A stretch of DNA of 64,000 nt from Candidatus Rariloculus sp. (GTDB lineage Bacteria; Pseudomonadota; Gammaproteobacteria; Steroidobacterales; Rariloculaceae), in contig NZ_OZ253579.1 in assembly GCF_965263005.1 (NCBI RefSeq), positions 1,911,399 to 1,975,398 on the forward strand. Reading direction: 5' to 3'. The translations under genes and the position numbers were made by a program. The first letter of the stretch is position 1, and every line of letters begins with the position of its first letter. The notes under the pieces were generated by a model, which did no database searches, had not been told where the DNA came from, and worked only from the letters and a program-made list of their open reading frames with translations. Shown here piece by piece: positions 9,899 through 17,832 of the stretch.

Positions 9899-10135
9899 GA
9901 TCTGTAGAAGTTCCGATCTGATCTGACATTGGCTTGTGGAAGCAAATGGTACAGGTTCTGGTGGACGTGATGGATGGTGGCCTGCCCCTCATGATTCGCA
10001 TCCGCGAGCGCGCGGAATTCATGGGGGCATGAAGGCCTCCTTTTATCGGGCTGAGTTGTTCGACTCGCGGGCAAGTCCAAGTCTGTCAGAAATCACTTTG
10101 GCCCTAGACTGGTCTTTTGGGTGGCTTCTTATCGT

Positions 10136-10885
10136 TTATGCGACCGTCTCGTGCTCGAACTCCCGAAGCATTTGTAACCCCATACCAAGCGCTTCCAGGG
10201 CAACATCGGTTGAGATCTGTTGACCATGAATCGCCGCATTACAAACGTTCAAGACGTAGTCAAACGAATTCTCCATGTGGCTATAGCGCGATTTTGCGGA
10301 GACAAGGCGCCGAAACAGTGTTCGCGCGCCCAAAAATTTGCTTTTCATTTTTGTTGGGTCGGAAGTGTGCAGCCGCCTGCCAAGTATTCTTCGCATTTGC
10401 TTTTCTAGGTCCATTCGTAGTCGCGCGAGTGCGAAGTGCATATCTGCGTCGCCCATGCTCAGAAAGTATTCTGATACGTCGTTGGGCTCTATGGCTTGCG
10501 CAGAAGCATGAGTGAGTGACTCGGAAATTTCCTTACGAGCAACTTGCGCTGCTTGTTCGGTAGGAAGGTTCACGAACACGTTTTGGTTTACCGATGTCGA
10601 AATTGCGGTTGCCACGGCACTCACGGTTGAGACCAGTTGCCGCGTCTCCGTGCGCACGTCGTCGACTGCCTTCTGAACAGCTTCAACCTTAGCCTCAAAC
10701 TCGATCAACGTTCCAACCTTCAGCTTTTGCGCGAAGGGAAGCACAAGAAAAAAGACAACCATCGCCAAGTACGTCGCAGCAGTGGATGTTAGCTCGCCGG
10801 TAGGGGGGAACCCGACGTGCAAATGCAGCGCCCAAATAAAATAAACAGCAATTGCTCTGGAGCAGATCGAAAACGCGTTTTTCAT
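10136..10885 (-). CDS. Two-TM protein with coiled coil and C-terminal HEPN-like domain
   Basis: Two hydrophobic segments; FEAKVEAVQKAVDDVR coil; ALARLRMDLEKQMRR helix; CNAAIHG in place of RNxxxHG. Confidence 0.6.
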   Translation of the reverse strand: MKNAFSICSRAIAVYFIWALHLHVGFPPTGELTSTAATYLAMVVFFLVLPFAQKLKVGTLIEFEAKVEAVQKAVDDVRTETRQLVSTVSAVATAISTSVNQNVFVNLPTEQAAQVARKEISESLTHASAQAIEPNDVSEYFLSMGDADMHFALARLRMDLEKQMRRILGRRLHTSDPTKMKSKFLGARTLFRRLVSAKSRYSHMENSFDYVLNVCNAAIHGQQISTDVALEALGMGLQMLREFEHETVA

Positions 10886-11092
10886 TTGACCAGAAATGAT
10901 TTTATGCAGGAGCTACACCGTGTAGCGAGGTTGCTGATGATACAAGGTTCCCCTTGGATTGAACGGTCCCAACTTTCCCGGAGGCCCCATTTTGAACCGC
11001 CCCTGGTATGCCGGAGACTCTAACGTTTGAGCCCGCATGCGTGTTCCGTTCGGTTACCTGCTTCCTGGGGGGGAGCGATATGTCGTCACGGC

Positions 11093-11803
11093 CTATCGCG
11101 ACACCCGTCGATTGGGCCATTCCTTGTAACGATGGGCGTACAAACTGAGGCCGGCAAGAGATTCGCTCAGCGCCTTCTTCATCCAACCGCCACGCCCACC
11201 GAAATTCCCAGAGACAATGAACATATAGATGTCCGCGAGCTGCAAGAGCCGGGAGTGATGGGAACGGCAAAAATACACGCCCCCCACGATACTCTTCAAA
11301 CCGATACCGTATTCCCAGGGCGTGCCCAACTGTCGAAACCGAGAAAAGTCCTGAGCCATGTTTCTGGCTTGTTCATCGTCGAGATCGCCTACGAGTATGC
11401 AACTGCTGCTGTCCGGGACCGCGCGCTCAAGCCGTTCCACGAAATGCGCAAAGGCAAATTTGGCGGCGTCCTTTCCCTTGTACAAGTGGCTTAGATTTAT
11501 CGCGGAGTAAACACGCTTCACATCTTCCGAATCGCTGATTATCTTTGCAAGCCGCGCCATCACATCAATCCTGTCGGCCGGCGCCCAGCCCTTGAAGTTC
11601 GCCTTGCCGAAATAGCAACAACTGGCATGAAATTCGGTTTCGATCGTAAGCTCCGCCGTCCCGAACAATTCCGTGGAGACCTCGGCAAGCTCCTGCTCCA
11701 ACTCGCGAATCCGATCAGCCGGAACGGCCAGCCCGCCGACCAGGTAGTGATCCCGCCCGTGCTCGGGCATGGCCTTGACTTCGTCAAAATACGCAACGTA
11801 CAA
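11093..11803 (-). CDS. DUF3800 family protein
   Basis: N-terminal YVAYFDE, EFH, C-terminal SHHSRLLQLAD; TTG start at 11803 with GGGAGG RBS. Confidence 0.8.
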   Translation of the reverse strand: MYVAYFDEVKAMPEHGRDHYLVGGLAVPADRIRELEQELAEVSTELFGTAELTIETEFHASCCYFGKANFKGWAPADRIDVMARLAKIISDSEDVKRVYSAINLSHLYKGKDAAKFAFAHFVERLERAVPDSSSCILVGDLDDEQARNMAQDFSRFRQLGTPWEYGIGLKSIVGGVYFCRSHHSRLLQLADIYMFIVSGNFGGRGGWMKKALSESLAGLSLYAHRYKEWPNRRVSR

Positions 11804-11980
11804 GCAGAGCCCTCCCTTGCTTACTTTCCCTTGTATGTACTGACTTCCCGGTTGTCCGAGAAAAACCACCAGATCCAGGCGGCCCCGCTTCGCTGGCGTC
11901 GCGGTTTCTCATTACTGGCGATCACCAATTCCTACACGCCCATTCCACGCGCGCGTCGCACCGTCTACCCGTCGTTTCCG

Positions 11981-12012
11981 AGCCTGTAATCTAGTAATCC
12001 AGATTACAGGCT
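11981..12012. repeat. Perfect 12-bp inverted repeat in a divergent intergenic region
   Basis: AGCCTGTAATCT-agtaatcc-AGATTACAGGCT. Confidence 0.8.
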
Positions 12013-12090
12013 GGGCGTCTACGGCTATACGATCCGCCGAGCCCGAAGCAAAGGCGCGACCGGGTTCGTGGCGACGAAGAACCCGAAGCC

Positions 12091-12813
12091 ATGAGCGGTT
12101 TTGGGTGGAGCGAGGCGCAGTGCGCGGTACCTGAGGAAGGCGCCCATGACGTGAACGAGGAACTCGACTGGCTGGCGGGCATGCTGGGGATACTGTCCGT
12201 CAAAGGCGGCGCGATGTCGGTCGTGGAGATGGACGGGTTCGTGGCGGGGCTGGCGCTGCAACCGGAGAGGGTGCCGCTCTCGGAATGGATGGCGCATGTT
12301 CTGGGCGAGGGCACCGAGTTCGAAGACAACGACGCGGCGCGGGTATTCGAGTCTGCGGTGATCAGGCACTGCAACGGGGTCATCCGGACGCTCGCGGACG
12401 AAGCCGAGTTGTACGGACCGGTGCTGGAAGTCGACGAGGGCACGCACGAGGTGATCTGGAAACCGTGGATCGGCGGATTTTCCCGCGCCATGCGGTTGCG
12501 CCCCGGCGCCTGGGCGCGGATCGAGGCGAGCAAGGAACTGGATGTGCTCGAGGCGATGCAGGTGGTGCAGACGCTGTACGCGGCGGCGAACGGCACGAGC
12601 CGGCTGTCCGAGGAAGGCCTGGACCTCCTGGACACGATGGCGCCGGTACTGATCGGCGGAATGGTGCAGGACCTGAACGAGATCAAAGAGTCCCAAGGCG
12701 CGAGTGCGGCAGAACGGCTCGGGCGGGAAGCGGTTGGCGGAACGAGGGTGCGGGACGCATTGTGCGGCTGCGGGTCGGCGCGCCCGTCCCATGGCTGCTG
12801 CGGCGCGCACTGA
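12091..12813 (+). CDS. UPF0149/YecA-family protein with degenerate SEC-C motif
   Basis: MSVVEMDGFVAGL..P....SEWM..V; WIGGF..AM; C-terminal CGCGS....GCCG. Confidence 0.8.
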   Translation: MSGFGWSEAQCAVPEEGAHDVNEELDWLAGMLGILSVKGGAMSVVEMDGFVAGLALQPERVPLSEWMAHVLGEGTEFEDNDAARVFESAVIRHCNGVIRTLADEAELYGPVLEVDEGTHEVIWKPWIGGFSRAMRLRPGAWARIEASKELDVLEAMQVVQTLYAAANGTSRLSEEGLDLLDTMAPVLIGGMVQDLNEIKESQGASAAERLGREAVGGTRVRDALCGCGSARPSHGCCGAH

Positions 12814-12851
12814 GGCGTGGTGCGGTGTCAGCCTGGCCCGATAAGGGGACA

Positions 12852-13619
12852 ATGAACCGGCACGCAGAGGGCGCGGCGGTGGAAAAGCTCTCGCAGGGAA
12901 CCATCGGCGCGAGACGATTGCTGCAAGTCGTGTCGCTGATCGGGTTTCTGGTCGCGATCGTGCCGTTGTCGACGGACTCCGTGTCGGTTTTCGGGATTGG
13001 CTTCAGCATCGGCGAAGACGTGTTAAAGGGTATGCTGATGCTCGTCCTGATCTATCTGACGGCCGCCTTCGTTGTGCGGGTGCTTACGGATGTCGCCGCG
13101 GCCGGGCCTTCGCGGCTGGAAGTTAGGCTCAGCGAGAGGATCAACGGACAGACCGACGACATTGGCCATGGGACGATGGAGCGGCTGGCGAACCTGCTGC
13201 CTTCCGGATCGGGCGAAACGTTCCACTCGGATAGTTTCGCATCGCTGCTCAACGATGCGGTGCCGAAGACACCGAGGTACCGGGTCGGGATGATCAAGAA
13301 CACCATCTCGGACATTGGACAATGGAAATCTCGCAAGTCCTGGGGAACGGACGGGAAAGGAGCGGTTCGCAAAGACGCCGTCGAGCAGGAATTTGAGCCG
13401 GTGCTGGAGGAATTGCTGGAATCCCACGAGGCAAGCTGCAAACGGCGACGGCTGTGGAATGCCCCCGGGTGGGTGTTGCATCGGGGATTGATTATGCTGA
13501 GGTTCACGTTCTTCGACGCGCTGGCTCCGTTGTTGATCGGGTTGCTGGCGATAGCGCTACTGTGCGGCTGGATGGATGGCGCTTGGATTCTTGACTCACT
13601 TGGCGTTGGGACGCAATGA
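12852..13619 (+). CDS. Hypothetical membrane protein
   Basis: ATG 12852 after AAGGGG; two N-terminal and one C-terminal hydrophobic segments. Confidence 0.6.
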   Translation: MNRHAEGAAVEKLSQGTIGARRLLQVVSLIGFLVAIVPLSTDSVSVFGIGFSIGEDVLKGMLMLVLIYLTAAFVVRVLTDVAAAGPSRLEVRLSERINGQTDDIGHGTMERLANLLPSGSGETFHSDSFASLLNDAVPKTPRYRVGMIKNTISDIGQWKSRKSWGTDGKGAVRKDAVEQEFEPVLEELLESHEASCKRRRLWNAPGWVLHRGLIMLRFTFFDALAPLLIGLLAIALLCGWMDGAWILDSLGVGTQ

Positions 13620-14028
13620 GGCAGAAGTTCAGATCCAGTCTGAAAACTACTCATATTGAGGACGTGACTTTGACTGGGTTGCAGAGCAGACGACAAATGG
13701 GCTGGGCGCTCACATTCCGTTTGCGCGCCTTGAGGCGATCCGGATCCTGCTGGCGAAGCACGAAGTGCGCAGGCGGCTGAACTCGGTTGGCCTGCATCCA
13801 GGCTACGGCCGGATCAACCAGTGGTGCGGAGCGCTTGACTAAGAGTTCGAGGCGGGCGGTGTTAGCCTCGGGACGATCAACCGGCGCGACATCGCGGAGG
13901 AGGTGCGGGCGCTCGCCGAGGCGGACGTTCCGGACGACGATGTTCTGGCGAGTTTCGACGCATTCATGCGGGGACCGACAGCGGAGGAGATCGCGGACAT
14001 GGAGAGGATGTTCGATGGTGCGGAATAG
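13616..14028 (+). pseudogene. Probable disrupted small gene (frameshift plus in-frame TAA)
   Basis: Protein-like frame DFDWVAEQ...WCGALD*EFEAGG...ERMFDGAE* with TAA at 13840-13842; ATG 13616 overlapping the upstream stop is in another frame. Confidence 0.4.
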
Positions 14029-14147
14029 AAGCGACATTTCGCGCGGGCGCACTGGTTGCGGGCCGGCTCGACGGCGACGCAGGAAGAACGCGACTGCTAG
14101 AGATTGCCGGCTCATCACAGCGGGACGATGGCAGTGATGGTAGATAG

Positions 14148-15272
14148 ATGAAGGTTCTCCTCGCTCCGCTATTCTTCAAAGAGCGGCTGTGTAAGCATTG
14201 CGCCCGATTGTTCTACAAGGAGAATCCTGGCAGTTGGACCGGGGTCTACGAGTTCGAGTCTTTGCCTCCATTAGGATCTTACGATCCTGACCGCGGATTT
14301 GTTCCGGATCTGCCTTCTCTCCTTTTGTTCGATGAGTTCGTGCTCGATGGAGAAGCCTACGAGAGACTTCGAAATCCGGGCCATAGACCTTGGCTTAGAG
14401 AATGGTCCGAGTTGCTTGAAGTCCTCGATAGTGAGGGGGCAATTGCCGTTGAAGATGTACAGGCGGCTGCCTCGACCCACTCTCATAGGCGTGGGTGGAT
14501 GCTTAGGAGGGATATGCAGGAGCCTACAAGATGGTGGCAGGCCATGGGCTACCATGATGCTCTTGTAGGTGGTGCTCAAAGGTTGCTCGGGGAGGATCCA
14601 GGTACGGCCCAGGAATACTCTTGGGAGTTCGACCCTGAGGCGCGGTATGGCATAAAGGGAATAGATGGGCACACGCATGACTTGAGCGTAGTCCTTGGCG
14701 ATGGCGCCGACTCGGGTAACGAGGCTCATGCAAAGTTATATTCGCGGTCGGTCGGCAACGTGGCGCGCCAACTGCGCGAAGTAAATGCGTGCCTCACTGC
14801 CTGCGATGTGCTTGGTGTGGCACCAATGATGTGGGCACCCTACCGAAGATATCTTCAGGAGAAATTGGCTTCGACAGGGGCGAAGGACGAATCTGCAGCG
14901 GGGAAAGAGTTCTTTGAGCTGGCCTTTCCGGCGTATGCTCCGACGTCAATAGACGAGTTCTCAAAGCTGCGAAGAGATCGCAGGATTGGTGCCTTGCGTT
15001 CCGAGATTCGGCGCGCTTCGGAGCACGGTGATTTGATTGACCCACGCTATCCCCAAAGGGTACTTGACGAAGTATTGCGATTGGAGCGTACAGGTGCGAA
15101 AGTGCGCCGGATAGCCGGCTGGGTAGCATCGGCAGTAGGAAGCATCCCGGTGCCAGGTCTTGGCATCGCGGCGACAGCGACGTCAGAGGTAGTTAGCGTT
15201 GCGTTGAACAAGCGGAGAACGAGGCCGTGGCGCTGGTTCTATCTGATAAGCGACGGTAGAGGAGCAACTTAG
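14148..15272 (+). CDS. Hypothetical protein with C-terminal hydrophobic hairpin
   Basis: 374 aa; LLLFDEFVLD near N-terminus; C-terminal IAGWVASAVGSIPVPGLGIAATATSEVVSVAL followed by a basic/aromatic tail. Confidence 0.65.
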   Translation: MKVLLAPLFFKERLCKHCARLFYKENPGSWTGVYEFESLPPLGSYDPDRGFVPDLPSLLLFDEFVLDGEAYERLRNPGHRPWLREWSELLEVLDSEGAIAVEDVQAAASTHSHRRGWMLRRDMQEPTRWWQAMGYHDALVGGAQRLLGEDPGTAQEYSWEFDPEARYGIKGIDGHTHDLSVVLGDGADSGNEAHAKLYSRSVGNVARQLREVNACLTACDVLGVAPMMWAPYRRYLQEKLASTGAKDESAAGKEFFELAFPAYAPTSIDEFSKLRRDRRIGALRSEIRRASEHGDLIDPRYPQRVLDEVLRLERTGAKVRRIAGWVASAVGSIPVPGLGIAATATSEVVSVALNKRRTRPWRWFYLISDGRGAT

Positions 15273-15305
15273 CGATCAAGGCAAGTTTGCCGAGGCAGCG
15301 CTAAG

Positions 15306-16345
15306 ATGCTAAGTCGCCCAACACTGGCTCGGCGTCATGTTGTTGTGTTTGTCTCTTCGAATCTGGCGGAGATAACTGTGGCTAAAGCGAAGGATGTTGT
15401 CACCACTATTCCTGCACTCATACCCAGACATCTGTTGTCCTTGGTCTTGCGAATAGACGTGTGCTTCACGAAGCAGCACGACAAGAAGAAAGGTCAGGGG
15501 TCTGGATTTGTAATTTCGTTGGACCCGGTACAAGGCCCGCCGCTTAGTGAACAGTTAAGGAAGTTGATAGTAGAAGTACTTGGGGGGTTCCTGCCGCCGC
15601 TGTTATTCGTGACCTGTAGGCATGTGGTGGATTATGGCTACCTCAGGCAAGAGTACGGCTGGGACCTCTCTCGCTTGGTCGTTCGATGCTTCGATGAAGG
15701 TGGAATACAATTCCCTCCCGCCCACTTCCCGCTTGAGGATATCTGTGTACTAGTTCCGAAGAATGAAAAGCTGGATCTGGCGTTGATAGCTGTGAAAATC
15801 TCGAGTGCTGGTTTTAAGCCGATTTTCTCTGCCGCAAGTAGCATGGGCACCAAGGTGAGTTCATTTAGTGCAGCACGCATCACGCAGGATTTGCCCTTGT
15901 GCGACGCTATGCCTTGGGGAGCAGAGATTGGTTTCACCTCCATCCAACCGTGGACCAATGGTTACCCGATACTACGATCTGGACGTGTATCCAGCGACCC
16001 GAAAGGCAAATTCCAATCACCAGACATAGATAAGGACGACATATATCTGTTGGAGGCGCAGTCCTTTGCAGGCAGTTCAGGTGCTCCGGTAGTGTCCTAT
16101 CCAACCGGGCACCCGGCTTTCGACTCAATGACAATCACTTACGGTAGCGGTGTCAGTCGCGATTTTGAAAAGTACCGTCGCCCCACTTGGTAGGAATCAT
16201 GTCTGGTCACATCGTCAACGACAAGCATGAGAGTGGCGAACTGTACAAACTCCACGTCGGCTTGTCCTATTGCCATAAGCTAGACGCGTTACATCGCGTG
16301 TTGTTTGAAGAAGAGCTTGAGCAGCTATGGCCCAAGCCGATATAG
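15306..16345 (+). CDS. Trypsin-like serine protease, frameshifted near its C-terminus
   Basis: GSGF, VTCRHVV (His), DLALI (Asp), AGSSGAPV (Ser); ORF stops at 16193 but the -1 frame continues PHLVGIMSGH...LHVGLSY to TAG 16345; shift near the A4 run at 16168-16171. Confidence 0.75.
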
Positions 16346-16574
16346 CCTTCTGGCTAATGACTCGGGAATTCCGAATGATGCCCGATGGACTGCAAGGGTT
16401 GGCAGCGCAGTGGGCGAGTAGGCCAGGATTCTCTCGAGCCTTATCACGCATCAGCCATGGGTCGCGAGGGCCGCCGCCGTCAGTGGTGAGTGTCAGAAAC
16501 TTTGTGTGTGAGCTGATTTACAAGAGTCAGGGAACCCGTTCCCTGGTTTGTGAGCGACCCTCGTGACAAACCCA

Positions 16575-16762
16575 TGCCAGCCGGCGGCGCGCTTCGATCA
16601 ATAGCGGCTGCGCCCGTGCGTTCAGCCGCTTGTTGCGCGCGATCCCCACGATGTAATCGACGCCATGGCGCTCGCACCACGAAAGCATCCCCCAGCGGCA
16701 AAACCCGCTGTCGCCCCGGAACGTGATCTTGACCTTCGGCCACGTCTTGCGCAGCCGGTTGA
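16575..16762 (-). mobile_element. IS1380-family transposase internal fragment
   Basis: RLRKTWPKVKITFRGDSGFCRWGMLSWCERHGVDYIVGIARNKRL. Confidence 0.75.
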
Positions 16763-17010
16763 AGGATCTCGAACGCCGGGATCCAATACACGCCGGTCGA
16801 TTCCATCGCCACCGTCGCAATCCCCAGCCCCTTGAGCCATTCGGCCAAGCGATGGAGGTCGTTGGTGAACGTCGAGAACGTACGCACCGGTTTGGCATCC
16901 AAGTCTTCGGACACCGCCACCACATGGAATCGCGAACCGATATCGATCCCGGCGGCCCGTGGATGAACCACGGACCACTTTCTCTTTCTGCCTTTCGTTC
17001 GTGCCATCAC
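16763..17010 (-). mobile_element. IS110-family recombinase, N-terminal DEDD fragment only
   Basis: AAGIDIGSRFHVVAV...VAMESTGVYWIPAFEIL, then abrupt fusion to IS1380 sequence. Confidence 0.85.
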
Positions 17011-17019
17011 TCACTCTCC

Positions 17020-17185
17020 TGCCTTGTCATGAGCCGGAGGGCGGGACGGCGGAAAACATCAATTTCCTAAACGGGCTCCTGCATCGAGGGCACCAAATTC
17101 CGGTCCGCTACTGTCCCTGGACCACGTTTCCCTGCGGGGTAAGAATCCACCAATAAGTCGACGGCCGCTCCCCCCGGCAAGTCAA
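17020..17185 (-). ncRNA. Candidate IS110 bridge RNA (non-coding leader)
   Basis: About 170-nt non-coding leader; two similar modules TTGGTG...CCCG...GGAAA separated by a GGTCC/GGACC hairpin; -10-like TAGACT at 17187-17192. Confidence 0.5.
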
Positions 17186-17743
17186 TAGTCTACGCGCGCT
17201 TCCGAGTTTCTGTCACACCAGGAGGGCCGCGGCGGCCTTGGGGCGTTTCCCTGCACGTCCAGAATCGTGTGCGCGGTGTGCAACTCGTGCTCCAGACGAG
17301 CCACTTGCGCCTCCAGCGCGCGCACCTTCGCGTCCAGCGGGTTGCGTTCGGCCGGTTTCGCGCCGCGCTTCTTCGAGGCCAACTCCCGCAGCGAACCCTT
17401 GCGCCGGGCCTTGCGCCAAGCCGTCAGATGCGAGCTGTACAACCCCTCGCGGCGAAGCAGGCGGCCCACCTCGCCGGGCTGTGTGCAGCGCTCCGCCTCC
17501 TCCAGGATCCGCAGCCGATACTGCGCGGTGAACTGGCGCCGCTTCGGCTTGGCCACGACCTCCGGGTCCGGCCTCGGTCTTGCGCGGCCGGCCCTGGGGG
17601 CCTCGTCGCTACGCTCCTCGACCTCCAGGGCCGAATACGAAATCTCATTCAATGTCATCGAGTCTCTCTCTGCGGTCATCGGTCTTCACCTCCACCGCCC
17701 TACAGTAATTCCAAAGGTCGCTGGTGTCTCAGTGATGTTGGCA
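17182..17743 (-). mobile_element. IS3-like element left end and OrfA; OrfB missing
   Basis: PDPEV.AKPKRRQFTAQYRLRILEEA...LLRREGLYSSHLTAWR (ORF 17182-17679); terminus-like TGCCAACATCACTGAGACA at 17743-17725. Confidence 0.75.
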
Positions 17744-17832
17744 GAGAGGGTTGCGGGGCCGGGACGAGAGCTTGGCAGTTATGGGTACCTGTGTGCTATC
17801 GGGATGCAAGGGATTAGGTCGCGCGCCGGGCG

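Noticed and set aside
10080-11030. Integron cassette around the TM-HEPN-like gene
   Set aside because: GTTAGAG is an imperfect core site; no matching inverse core, attC fold or integron integrase
13840-13842. Stop-codon recoding at in-frame TAA codons (also 48503)
   Set aside because: TAA ends normal genes in this window, and both ORFs have other lesions, so they are pseudogenes
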